Notes: generated by a model from the sequence alone, not told the origin. DNA of 64,000 bases from Candidatus Aminicenantes bacterium (GCA_963729855.1 CAVSPT010000005.1:1271221-1335220), one strand, 5' to 3'. Counted from the first letter of the stretch, positions 1 through 10,400 are shown. Program-made: numbers and translations.

Positions 1-275
1 GATTCTACTCTTTCCTCGGCCCGGATTTTAGAACGAATCCCAAGTCGGGACGGCTTGCTCCCGGAAAAAAGCTTGTCTTCATCCTGACGCAGGGCAATCC
101 CGATGAGCAGACTTATGCTGCTGTCCTGGCCCGGCACCGGCTGACATTCGACATGTGCGGATTCGCGGAGGTGTATCCGGTCCAGGTCTGTGGGGCACGG
201 CCAGGAGGCGAAGCGCAAGTCCCGGAGAGAACCATGGCCCGGCTTGCCGAGGTCGCTAAGGCCCTCCTCGCCTGA
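1..275 (+). CDS. 3' end of a CDS that starts upstream of the window (…GKKLVFILTQGNPDEQTYAAVLARHRL…KALLA*); product unknown, possibly flavodoxin-like
   Basis: Open frame from the window edge to TGA at 273-275. Not in the ORF track because it has no start codon inside the window. The flavodoxin-like guess rests on weak motif resemblance only. Confidence 0.3.
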   Translation, partial: FYSFLGPDFRTNPKSGRLAPGKKLVFILTQGNPDEQTYAAVLARHRLTFDMCGFAEVYPVQVCGARPGGEAQVPERTMARLAEVAKALLA

Positions 276-547
276 AATGAAAAAGGGGCTTATCATCCCC
301 GACCCCAATTTCGAATCAGGCTATAATTGCGGAAAAGGATGTTGAGCACGAATTTTTCGCAAATTTCTCGACTGCTTTAAAGTCCGATCTCCTTATAATC
401 CGAGCAACTGCTCCGCATTGCCATTGGTGATTCGCTCCAGATCGGCCTTACTCACCGGGAGCTTGTCCAGGAAAGTCCGGCCCTCCGCCATCGAAGCGTA
501 GGGATGGTCGATCGAGAACAAGATCCGGTCCGCTCATCAGTCCAGCC

Positions 548-813
548 AAAATACCTTTCGTGTTACCTTTCGTGTTGAGACCACTAAACGGCCTTTTTTA
601 GGGTATTTTGACTCTTTTGAAAACGGGCCAAACTCGGGCATAAAATTGACCGATGAAAAAACTTAACTTACGCATTGATAAGGGGATAGTAGCGGACGGG
701 GCTTGTGCCGGAGGAGGGAATCGAACCCACACATCCATCGCTGGATACGGGATTTTGAGTCCCGCGCGTCTGCAAGTTTCAACAACCTCTAATTGATTGA
801 TCCTGAGCGGCGA
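548..813. repeat. Direct repeat copy 1 (~266 bp) containing a tRNA-Leu-like 3' fragment
   Basis: Matches 5926..6191 at roughly 90% identity in the same orientation. The two copies diverge only in a ~20-nt internal stretch. Confidence 0.85.
706..765 (-). other. 5'-truncated tRNA-Leu(CAA)-like pseudo-tRNA (anticodon arm, long variable arm, T-arm and 3' acceptor strand only)
   Basis: Minus strand reads cggga-cTcaaaa-tcccg (anticodon CAA), then a long variable hairpin atcca-gcga-tggat, then a GTTCGATTCC T-loop, then 3' acceptor CTCCGGC-A. No complementary 5' acceptor strand (GCCGGAG) and no D-stem are present. Confidence 0.4.
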
Positions 814-1002
814 GAAAATGGACCTTCCGCCAAGGGGGTTGTGTTAAAATATGCGCCCGTCTGATGATTCATTTTGGCGACCGTTTGGGTGAGCTAAATA
901 CGAAGAAGCGGTCTATGCGGAATATCTGGTAGTCCCCCAAATGGGCGGACGCTGAAGAGCGCACCTTTTATAAGAAGGGCCGGCAAGGTCCGAGGAGGTC
1001 GA

Positions 1003-1851
1003 GTGACGAGGCAATGGGCCGTTTTATCGCTGATCCTGGCCGTCGTGACGGTGTTCGTCGTCCCCGGCTTTACCAAAGACACGGTTGTCGAGAGCAAGTG
1101 GGCGTCGGCTCCCATCAAGATCGAAGGCCTTAAGCAGGACTGGCAAGATTCGACGTTCCTGACCGACGGCGGGTCGAAGGCGCAGTATGCGCTGAGGAAT
1201 GATGGAGAAAACCTATATGTCATCTTTCTCTTCAAGGATCGCATGTCCCCGTCGACGATCGAGTTCACGGGCCTGAAGGTCTTCTTCAACGGCGAAGGCA
1301 AGAAAAGCGAGGACCTCGGCGTCCACTTCAAGAAAAAGCGCGTCACGGCCGACGCCCTGATCGCTTACAAGGAGCAAAAGGGAGAGGCGTTGACCGATGC
1401 CGGGAAAACCGAGATCCGGAAAGAGAGCATGTACACGCTTTTCGAGGCTGACATCATCAACGAGAAAAAGGCGACGGCGCCGGCCGACCCGGCCGTGCAG
1501 ACCGACCCTCCGATCTTCATCACCGGCTTTCAGGACAAGGTCCTCATCTATGAGCTCCGGATCCCCCTTAGCCGAACGAACCAGCCCGGCGGTATCGGCG
1601 CGGAGCCGGGCAAGACGATCAAGCTCGGCTTCGAGTGGGGAGGGATGACCGCGCAAATCATGAGGGACATGATGGCCGGGAAGGTCGCGGAGGGCGGCAA
1701 GGCCGATCATGATCTCGGAATTGACGAGGGTATGGGGGCCGAAATCGATACCACCGGCGCCCTGCAGAGCGGCGGTGAGTATCGCCGCGATCCCCGGACA
1801 AGGATGCATTCCTTCTGGATCGACGTGAAGTTGGCCGCCCAGCGCTCTTGA
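1003..1851 (+). CDS. Secreted hypothetical protein (N-terminal signal peptide)
   Basis: GTG start with RBS GAGGAGG at 992-998. Hydrophobic N-terminus MTRQWAVLSLILAVVTVFVVPG. No recognisable domain. Confidence 0.6.
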   Translation: MTRQWAVLSLILAVVTVFVVPGFTKDTVVESKWASAPIKIEGLKQDWQDSTFLTDGGSKAQYALRNDGENLYVIFLFKDRMSPSTIEFTGLKVFFNGEGKKSEDLGVHFKKKRVTADALIAYKEQKGEALTDAGKTEIRKESMYTLFEADIINEKKATAPADPAVQTDPPIFITGFQDKVLIYELRIPLSRTNQPGGIGAEPGKTIKLGFEWGGMTAQIMRDMMAGKVAEGGKADHDLGIDEGMGAEIDTTGALQSGGEYRRDPRTRMHSFWIDVKLAAQRS

Positions 1852-2237
1852 AGCTGCCTCCGACCTGTGAAGTGAAAAATCTCGGCTCAACGGCCTCCGG
1901 AGCCGGCGGCCGACAACCCAAAGAGCTGTGGGGACGGAAGCGATTATAGGCCCGCCGGCCTCTTCCGGATCCGGGCCTTCCTCGGCCTCAACCTCGTCGA
2001 ACGTATATCCGCAACTCAAAGATCGATACATATGGCATTTCCGCTCTCTGGATGGCTCGCCTACAGATTGCTCCGCACAGCGCGCTCGGAGACTTGACGC
2101 CACGGCAGTTTGTCGAACAGAGATGAAGCCAAAAAACTCCATTTTTTGCTGGGCCAGTTTTTGGGTGAGGCTCCGAACGAATTCGATGCGGTGAAAATAA
2201 TCTATTTTTTAAGGGTGTATGATCGGTTTGCTAAAAA

Positions 2238-2573
2238 TTATACTTCATCAACGTGTTTGTTGTGATCTGTTTTTGTCATTTCAAAGATCCAAATATTAGT
2301 AAATTCTTCGAGAACAATCTTAGCCATTATGGTTGATTTTTCTTTGGTACAACACGGACATGCTTCTTTTAATCTCGGCTGGGATGCTTCTAGAGTGGAT
2401 TTGAGCAATACATCGAAACATTCGTCATATTCTTTACGATATGTGGCGGCATAGGTGTTTATCCATTCACTAACTGCCTCAGGACCGGGATCGCGTCCAA
2501 TTTTAATCCCCTTGAACCATTTGTGTTTAAGAGCTTCTTGTATCTGATTTCTCATTAATGTCTTCATGTCCAT
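2238..2573 (-). CDS. Small hypothetical protein (111 aa, Cys cluster C..CPCC) in an AT-rich islet
   Basis: ATG start preceded by GGAGG. Local GC is about 40% against about 67% for the window. No recognisable family. Confidence 0.5.
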   Translation of the reverse strand: MDMKTLMRNQIQEALKHKWFKGIKIGRDPGPEAVSEWINTYAATYRKEYDECFDVLLKSTLEASQPRLKEACPCCTKEKSTIMAKIVLEEFTNIWIFEMTKTDHNKHVDEV

Positions 2574-2800
2574 AGGCGTACCTCCGGCTGCTTAGTACAT
2601 TTTATCATTATTCTCAGGTGGACCCCATTATCTGGACAACGGAAAGGCTTGATTAAGGTGGATATTGAGCCCGCCGTATTTGTCATTTTAACTATTTCTA
2701 TATCCAGAAGCCATTTTCCCGTAGATCGCCGGAAAAATGTCTTCGCTAATTGACCTACAAACGGCGATCTAACGACAATCCATATCAAACCCTCGAGCAA
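2564..2800 (-). CDS. Doubtful small ORF (TTG start) overlapping the 5' end of the 111-aa gene
   Basis: Listed in the ORF track. It has no ATG and a weak start context. It lies in the AT-rich islet. Confidence 0.2.
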   Translation of the reverse strand: MLEGLIWIVVRSPFVGQLAKTFFRRSTGKWLLDIEIVKMTNTAGSISTLIKPFRCPDNGVHLRIMIKCTKQPEVRLWT

Positions 2801-2939
2801 AGGCCATCGCTATTAGCAAGAAAAAGCAAAGGCGAGTCGTCAAGGAGAAAAGAGAGCGGCGCCGGCGGCTGAATAATGATTTCTAAACTGTCTGACGTCA
2901 GCGAAATTCGGACAGCGATTGCTTTCTCCTAAGCTGAGG

Positions 2940-4620
2940 CTCGGACCTTTGATTGACGTCAACTATTATTTCCGGCCCGTTGCCTCAATCAAAAATGTTA
3001 CTGAAGAATCGGCGCCTTGTCGAGGCTTATTGGAGTAGCCTCGGCCGATACTTCAGATGCGTTTTGTCCGCCGAAGACAAGACCTCTTGCCATCACATGA
3101 CGCCAGGCTCTGACCCTGCGCTGCAAAGTTCGTAGTTGCACGTCTGGAAAGCGTCCCGGCTGCTCTGTTTGGAGACGCACGAACAGTTCCTTGGCTGTGG
3201 CGTCTGGCGTATCTTGGAGCCAAAGAAGGACATCCGGCCAAACCGATTCAAACGGGTCCTTACGGGTGCGCCAATAGTGAGGCGTCTTAGGGAAAGTACG
3301 ATGGGTAGCGCGGACTTCCCCCTGTCGCCATAGCTCTCCCAGTTGTTGCATAAACTGCTCAAGGCTCTCGCGGCCCGGCCCCGATGCCGAGGTGTCACGG
3401 CAGGCTAATGCCGCCAACACTTCCTGCTGTTGCCGAATCCGATGAAGCATGGCTACCGGGTCAACGGACCTACCTATTAGCTTAAGCGACTTCTTTATAT
3501 CATCGGGCACGGCCGGATGGCCTAAGAGCCGTTCGCAGGGCGTCATCGGCTTCTCGTAATAACGTCTGACCTTTGCGGCTATCTTTTCCTTTTCCCGCAA
3601 CTTGAAGGACGGTTGGAAATGGTTTACGTAAAGCCGGACGGCCTGATAAAGGGTTGCCAGGGCTTGGCCGGCGACGATTCCCGTGAACCGATCATGGCCA
3701 ACAAACCTTCGGATAACGGCCCCGTTCTTCTGTTCTATCCAAGCTTGATCGTTCTTCCGATAGGCCCGGGATCTTGTGAACTCGATGTGTTTTCCCTGGC
3801 AATAGTCGAGTAGCGTGTCGTTGATGAACGCGCCATCATTATCGGAATCGATTCCCAGGATGGGGAAGGGAAACTGTCGGCTAATCACATCGAATGCTTC
3901 CACAACCAGTTCCTGGCTTCTAGCAAGAAGAGGAACGCTTTCTACCCAACCCGAGCAGATGTCGACCGCAACCAGACTATAGATATAAGCTCCAGCCGTC
4001 GAGCCGCCGTTATGCTCGACAAAATCAATCTCCAGATATCCAGGCGGCGGGTCATTCCAGTCGGAAAAGGTTCTAACTCGGATACTACCGCTCGGTTTTT
4101 TAGGCCTTCGCCGTTTCCGTTTGCCGGGCTTGGCTTCTTTTCGTACCGGCTGCAGGAGCCTGTCTAGGGTTGAAGCACTCGCTGCCAAAAGACATCTCCG
4201 CACTTCCGGATCGGGCTGCAGATGGCCAAATCGCTCCATCGCATCTACCAGAGCCGGCAAAATGGACTTCAGTCTCTTCCCGCATATCCGATCTCCAGCC
4301 TCCCATGCGATAACCAGAGCCTTCCGGACCGCTTCATTATAAATGCGGAGGCCGTATCCCCGCTTAAGCCCATGCTCAGCAGGGGGCGAGTTGAGGAGCC
4401 GAACGGCATGCTTTCGATGGAATCCCGTCAACGCTTTGAACTCATCCAATATCTTGGTCTTTTCCATCTTCGATGAGAGCCGATAACGTCCACTTAGAGC
4501 TCCGACGAGCTCTACCCTTGCCCTCTTGCTGATCCGAGTTGACATCGTTGCTCTCCTTTTTCGGTAACATTGAATTGAGGCAACGACATGATCTCAGTAA
4601 CAAAATAGTTGAGTCAATGC
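2940..4620 (-). mobile_element. Insertion sequence (~1.68 kb) with ~60-bp imperfect terminal inverted repeats and a single transposase gene
   Basis: Left end 2940-2998 (…tgattgacgtcaactatt…cgttgcctcaatcaaaaatgttac) is the reverse complement of right end 4570-4620 (gtaacattgaattgaggcaacg…aaatagttgagtcaatg), with a few mismatches and indels. The element encloses the 2998..4545 transposase. Confidence 0.55.
2998..4545 (-). CDS. DDE transposase, rve/integrase-core superfamily (IS481/ISNCY-like; family uncertain)
   Basis: N-terminal HTH-like region. Catalytic triad candidates are EIDFVEH, then DSDNDGAF about 65 aa later, then IEQKNG about 35 aa after that (D-D-35-E spacing). Confidence 0.8.
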   Translation of the reverse strand: MSTRISKRARVELVGALSGRYRLSSKMEKTKILDEFKALTGFHRKHAVRLLNSPPAEHGLKRGYGLRIYNEAVRKALVIAWEAGDRICGKRLKSILPALVDAMERFGHLQPDPEVRRCLLAASASTLDRLLQPVRKEAKPGKRKRRRPKKPSGSIRVRTFSDWNDPPPGYLEIDFVEHNGGSTAGAYIYSLVAVDICSGWVESVPLLARSQELVVEAFDVISRQFPFPILGIDSDNDGAFINDTLLDYCQGKHIEFTRSRAYRKNDQAWIEQKNGAVIRRFVGHDRFTGIVAGQALATLYQAVRLYVNHFQPSFKLREKEKIAAKVRRYYEKPMTPCERLLGHPAVPDDIKKSLKLIGRSVDPVAMLHRIRQQQEVLAALACRDTSASGPGRESLEQFMQQLGELWRQGEVRATHRTFPKTPHYWRTRKDPFESVWPDVLLWLQDTPDATAKELFVRLQTEQPGRFPDVQLRTLQRRVRAWRHVMARGLVFGGQNASEVSAEATPISLDKAPILQ

Positions 4621-4782
4621 GCCGGGAATTTTAATTGTCGCTGATCAGACCTTGCCCAAATCGACGATTTTGAGTTTACCGGCGGCGTGCCCCCATCCGA
4701 ACGAGATCAGGTAGACGGCCAAGAGGATCAGGACCGATCCTAGCGCGCGCGGCGGAAAGGCTCGAGCATGGGCATCCGGCGA

Positions 4783-5832
4783 TCACCTCGGACCCTTTGC
4801 GGCTGCACCGCCGCTGATCCTCCCCACGAGGAAGTCTTCGAAACCGCCCAGATCCTTCCACTCCATGGCGCAAAGCATGGCTTTCCCCGCCGGATCGATC
4901 CGAGTGAAGCCATCGTCGGTGACCCGGATCGTCAGGTTCTCCATAATGCAGAAGTCCTTCTCTTTCGCCAGAGCGAGGTAGACCGCCACGGTGTCGAAGA
5001 GCGTTGTGGACTCCCGGTCGGCGTCGGCGGCGTTCTTTCCTAGCCAAATACGGTACGTCTCAAGGAGCGCCCGCGCTAGGGGATCCTTCGAGCGGCGCAG
5101 CGCCGCGTACCTCTCCCCGCGGATGGTAACCAAGCCGCAGGTATCGAGGGGCGTTATGGTCATCGGCCAGGCGGCGGCAAAGGCCCGCTGAGCGGCCGGG
5201 ATGCCGGCTTTGATGTTCCACTCGGGATCCGGGTCCCTCTTCCCTCCATAGCCCCTCCGCACGCTGCCGTCCATGCCGACGAACCGCGCGTGCTCCGCAA
5301 TCCGCGGCTCCCGCTCGAGCGCGGCGGCGATCGTCGGAAGCGGACCGATGCAGATGAGGATGATCGGCTCTCGGGAACCCATCAGGAGATCGATCAAGGC
5401 CTGGACACCGTCCCGGTGTACTTTTCCGGGATACTTTGCCAGGTCGTAACCCTTGACCCAGCCCGCTTGACCGCCTTCACCGGTTACGCCCGTCACCTCG
5501 GGGCCGAGCCCGATTGGGATGCCGCTCCGGCCAGCCGCATCGAGAAGCTTCGCGGTCACTTTAGCCCGATAGAGGGGCTTCCCGTAGTCCGTGACGACGA
5601 GCTTCAGGTCTAGCTCGGGGGAACGAAGGAGGAGGGCCAGAGCCCAGGAGTCGTCGATGTCATCCCCGATGTCCGTAACCAGGATCGCCGGGGCGCCGCG
5701 CGCGGGCTTCTCAAGATCGCCAGGATTCCCGGCTGTTCCGGCGCCCTCGAACACGCGGTGAATCGCGTTTCCCGTGAGCATCAAAGACACAACGGCGATG
5801 GGGAGAATGAGAATGCGCCAGAAACAGATCAT
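4783..5832 (-). CDS. Inosine-uridine-preferring nucleoside hydrolase (IUNH family), secreted
   Basis: N-terminal aspartate cluster DIGDDIDDSWALA, typical of IU-nucleoside hydrolases. Signal-like N-terminus MICFWRILILPIAVVSLMLTG. ATG at 5832 with GGAGGAG RBS. The track ORF extends to 6108 only because the upstream repeat happens to be open in that frame. Confidence 0.8.
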   Translation of the reverse strand: MICFWRILILPIAVVSLMLTGNAIHRVFEGAGTAGNPGDLEKPARGAPAILVTDIGDDIDDSWALALLLRSPELDLKLVVTDYGKPLYRAKVTAKLLDAAGRSGIPIGLGPEVTGVTGEGGQAGWVKGYDLAKYPGKVHRDGVQALIDLLMGSREPIILICIGPLPTIAAALEREPRIAEHARFVGMDGSVRRGYGGKRDPDPEWNIKAGIPAAQRAFAAAWPMTITPLDTCGLVTIRGERYAALRRSKDPLARALLETYRIWLGKNAADADRESTTLFDTVAVYLALAKEKDFCIMENLTIRVTDDGFTRIDPAGKAMLCAMEWKDLGGFEDFLVGRISGGAAAKGPR

Positions 5833-5925
5833 ATTCGCTCCTCCCCTGGATTCGGGCGAGCCCGAGAGAGGCGGGTTGACCCGCCTCCTGCTTAGTGTAC
5901 CACCCGTTAAGTGAAAGTTCGAGGT

Positions 5926-6191
5926 AAAATACCTTTCGTGTTGCCTTTCGTGTTGAGAGCGTAATACGGCCTTTTTTAGGATATTTTGACTCTTTTGAAA
6001 ACGGGCCAAACTCGGGCGCAGAATTGACCGATGAAAGAACTTAACATACTCATTGATAAGGGGATAGTAGCGGACGGGGCTTGTGCCGGAGGAGGGAATC
6101 GAACCCACACATCCATCGCTGGATACGGGATTTTGTGTCCCGCGCGTTTTCCATACTCAACACCCTCTAATTGATTGATCCTGAGCGGCGA
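5926..6191. repeat. Direct repeat copy 2 (~266 bp) containing a degenerate tRNA-Leu-like fragment
   Basis: Paralog of 548..813. The anticodon-loop position 33 is A in this copy rather than U. Confidence 0.85.
6084..6143 (-). other. Degenerate tRNA-Leu(CAA)-like 3' fragment (copy 2)
   Basis: Same arm pattern as 706..765 but with the loop cAcaaaa. The 5' half is absent. Confidence 0.35.
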
Positions 6192-6460
6192 AAGTCTCCG
6201 TCTTCCCGTCTTCACGAATTGGCAATCGATACTTGATCTACTTGAAAATCTCCCGGATTTGTTCCAGCCGATACAAGATCTTTGGTTGGGCAAAAAGAGT
6301 TATAAGATTTTTTACTTGAGCGCGCAGCTTTTTTTCCTTTAATATCCGTCGTTTCCTCAGTTCTTGATTTAAGCCAGCCTATACCGGAGTCGATTATTTT
6401 GACGCTCAAATGTCAAATGGGCGTCAAAGGGCATCTAGTTTATTACCCCCGAGGAGGGAA

Positions 6461-6985
6461 TTAGAAGTTGAGTTTTGTTTCCCATTGACCGAGATTAAAA
6501 TATCCCCCCGGGGAACTGATTTTGTAGAGGATGTACAATAAACCATACAAACCGGCGATGATTCCCAACACCAGTAAGATCGTCATACCGGTGTCTGACC
6601 TACGCACGGTGACCAATTTAACTTCGGAAAGGGGAATGCTTAGCGGAGGCAGGACGATCTTTTCACCTTCTCTTTTCCCTTCGATATCATGAATCGTGCG
6701 TCCGTCTTTGGTTGTGATTTCATAAACCAGGCCCTTGCCGTCTTGTCTGAAACCCTTGACGTCGCTCAAAGCGACGGTGTTGATTTCGATGACGAGCCGG
6801 TCGCCGATGATTCGGGCCGGGTTTTCCTTGGAAAATTGCATGGATTCTCCGGATATTCTCGTCAGCCCCACGATCTGGTCCTTGCTGGCAACGGACGTCA
6901 CCGGAACGTTGGTGATGCTGAGGCAGGACCAGTCAAAAAGCAAGAACGCCACGACCGTCACAAGACTTAAAACTCTCTTGGACAT
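6461..6985 (-). CDS. Hypothetical membrane-anchored protein (N-terminal signal or anchor, C-terminal TM)
   Basis: ATG with GGAGGG RBS. Hydrophobic N-terminus and a C-terminal TM segment ILLVLGIIAGLYGLLYILY. Confidence 0.5.
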   Translation of the reverse strand: MSKRVLSLVTVVAFLLFDWSCLSITNVPVTSVASKDQIVGLTRISGESMQFSKENPARIIGDRLVIEINTVALSDVKGFRQDGKGLVYEITTKDGRTIHDIEGKREGEKIVLPPLSIPLSEVKLVTVRRSDTGMTILLVLGIIAGLYGLLYILYKISSPGGYFNLGQWETKLNF

Positions 6986-7402
6986 GCTTCCCTCCGCTTG
7001 CTGAATAAATTACTATCCGCATCGCGCCGCTCTGTCAACCCAAGTGTGGAGGCCTTACTCAAAAGTGAATTCCCAGCCCGGTCGAGCCGCGAGAAGCAAC
7101 GCCTGATCGAGATCTCAAGACGGTCAAAAATGGGCTTGCATATTAAAAAAGTCGCTGACAAGAATTTCAGATGGGAGACGTGATGATGACCGCCATTGAG
7201 CGGCAAAGTCCCTCCTTCATTTGAGCGCAACTTGACATCATCACAGGCCGCAAATTAGGATTGCCGAATGGATGCCCATTCCCCGATCCGGGGGAAAATC
7301 CGTCTCTTGCCGCAAGTTCAGATCCGCACGGCGGTGGAGGGAATCAGGCTGTTCGGCTGATCAAGCCCGACGTCCTGATAGGACGTCCAAAAAGGAGCGA
7401 AC

Positions 7403-10400
7403 ATGAACAGGAACACCGCAAGAACCGCCATCACTCGCCGCTGGATCCCGGTCTTCGCCTTCGTCCTGGCGGTCGGGATGACGGCGGCCTTCTCGCTGCC
7501 GCAGGCCCAAACCGCCGCCAAGAAGGCCATGACTGTCGACGATTACGCCAAATGGCGTGATATCGCCAGCCGGGAGATCTCGGGAGACGGCGGGTGGGTC
7601 GCCTACGTCCTCCAGCTGACCAACACCATCCCGGCCGAAGCTAAGCCGGTCCTGCACCTGCTGAATCTGGAGACCGACGTCGAGACGACGGTGAACGACG
7701 CGTCGGATCCGGCCTTCTCTTCGGACTCGAAGTGGATCGCCTATCAGGTGGATCCGGGGGCCGCTCAACGCGCGCGCGCCGCCCGGACCGGCTCCGGTGG
7801 AACGCCCTCGACGCAGCCGGCCGCGCCTCCGGCGACTCCGCCCGTGCCCGCTCCGGCTGAAGCCCCCGGCACGCAACCGGGTCAGGGCCAGACCGGCCGC
7901 GGGGCGGCGCCGGCGGCCATCCCTCCGCGACGCGTCGAACTGCGCAATCTGAAGACCGGAGCGGTGCGCTCCTGGCAGGATATCGGGACCTTCGCCTTCG
8001 CCCCGACCTCCACCCATCTCGTCCTCCGCCGCCGCGGCGCCGAAACGGCCGGTCCCACGGGCCAGAGAGGCGGTGGCGGGCCGCAGGCGCCGGTCGGAGG
8101 CGCCGGGTCTGCGAGCGCGGCCGCCGGGTCGCGCGGGCAAGACGCCATTCTGCTGGATTTACGGACAGGGAGCTTCCAGTTTCTCGGAAGCGTGGGCGAC
8201 TTCGCGTTTAACCGCAGCGGGGAGCTTCTCGCCTTCACCGTGGATGCCGCCGTGAAGGACGGCAACGGAGTCTTTGTCTTCGACACGCGCAACGGGCGCG
8301 TGACACCGCTCGACAACGATGCCGAGATCTACAGCCGGTTGGCCTGGAACGATGACGGCACGGCCATCGCCGCGCTCAAGGGGAGCGAAGTCGAGAAAAT
8401 GCGCGAACGGAACAATGTGCTCGTCGCCTTTCCGGACATCCCCGCGGCGTTGAAGGACGGAGCCGGCGCACCCCTGGCGGTTGTCCTCGACCCTGCCAAA
8501 GCGGACGGCTTTCCAAAGGGCTGGATCGTCAGCGACCGGGCCGCCCTCGCCTGGAGCGAGGACAACAATCGCGTGTTCTTTGGCATCAAGGAGCAGGTGC
8601 CGGCGCCCGAAACGACGCGCAAGTCGACGGACGAAGTGGCCGACGTCGACGTCTGGAACACGGGAGACGAGAGGGTCCAATCCCTCCAAATGGTCCGCGC
8701 CGAACAGGAGCGCAACTTCACCTTCCGCCAGGCCTTCGACCTCTCGGCCAAACGGTTTGTCAGGCTCGCCGACGAGACGATGCGGGAGCTCGACGTCGCC
8801 CCGGACGGCAAGTGGGCCGTGGGATTGGATGCGCGTGCCTATATCCGCAACGAAAAGATCCTGCCGACGGCGGACATCTATCGTGTGAACACGTCCACCG
8901 GCGAGCGGACGCTCGTCGCCAAGGGCCAACTGACCGGCCGGCACACGTTCGGCATCTCCCCCTACGGCCGGCATTTCCTCTTCTGGAAGGACAACACGAT
9001 CCAGGCCTACGACTTCGAAGCAGGAACGACGAAGGCCCTCGGCGCCGGCGAGGTCAGCTTCGTGGACCTCGAGGACGACCACCCGGGGACGAAGCCGTCC
9101 TATGGCATCGCCGGCTACTCCAGCGACGGCAAGGCGGTCATCGCCCAGCACCGCTACGATTTGTGGCTCGTTCCCTTTGACGGCAGCGCGCCGAAGAACC
9201 TGACCCGCGGCGCCGGGGCCAAGAGCGAGATCCGCTTCCGCATCCTCCGCCCCGTGCCGGCGGACCCGACTCTTCCCCGCTCGGTCGGTCCCCGCGGGAC
9301 CATCGATCTCTCGAAGCCGGTCACTTTGTCCGCCTACGGCGAATGGACGAAGAAATCCGGATATTATGAGCTCGCGGGCGGGCAATTAAAGGAACTCATT
9401 TATGAAGACGCTTCGTTCAGCAACCCGGTCCGGGCGATGAAGGCGGACCGCTTTCTCTTCACCCGCCAGACGTTCGTCGAGTTTCCGGACCTCCGCGTTT
9501 CCGGTTCGAGCTTCCGGGAATCCAGGAAAATCTCCGACGCCAACCCGCAACAGAAGGACTATCTGTGGGGCCATCGCCTGCTTTTTGACTACAAGAACAA
9601 GGACGGTGTGAGGCTGCAGGGCATCCTGGCCATCCCGGACGATTACAAGCCGGGCGAAAAGCGGCCCATGCTCGTCATCTTCTACGAGAAGAACTCGCAG
9701 AACATGCACATGTACAGCGCCCCGGCCTATCTTCCCAGCATGGGACGGATGCCGGTCCAGGCGGTCAGCAACGGCTACCTGTCCATGCTGCCGGACATCC
9801 ATTTCCGTACCGGCTCCTCGCACACCGATATGCTGGAATGCGTCGAGGCGGCCACGCGCAAGGTCATCGAGATGGGCTACGCCGATCCGAAGCGCATAGG
9901 CGTCTCCGGACACAGCTACAGCGGAGAAGGCGCGGCCTTTATCGGGACGATGTCCAAGATGTTCGCCGCCGTCGGAATGGGGGCCGGCGTCGTCGACCTG
10001 TACAACGATTTCAGCATGCCCTGGGGCTGGGGATACGGCTACCAGGGCGGGAGCGGCGATACCGCGTTCCAGTACTACCTCTACGATCAGGGCCGCTGGG
10101 GTTTCTCGCCCTGGGACCGGCCCGACCGATACTATTTCGAGTCGGCCCTCACCCATGCCCCGAACGTGAGCGCGCCGTTCCTCATCATGCACGGGACGGC
10201 CGATCCGACCGTCGGCTTCATCAACGGACTCGCTTTCTACAACGCTCTGCGCTACAACGGCAAAAAGGCCGTGCTGCTGGCCTATCCGAACGAGGGCCAT
10301 GGGCTGCGCGGATTGGCGAACCGAAGGGACCTGACCATCCGGTTCTTCGAGTTCTTCGACCATTACCTCAAGGGTGCGCCGGCGCCGAAGTGGCTGACCG

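Noticed and set aside
706-765. Possible functional tRNA-Leu genes inside the direct repeats
   Set aside because: Neither copy has a 5' acceptor strand complementary to CTCCGGC. Neither has a D-stem. Copy 2 has A at position 33. They were therefore called pseudo-tRNA fragments rather than tRNA genes.
2564-2800. Toxin-antitoxin pair in the AT-rich islet
   Set aside because: Only one of the two small ORFs has a credible start (ATG plus RBS). The other needs a TTG with no RBS. Neither matches a known TA family, so no TA call was made.
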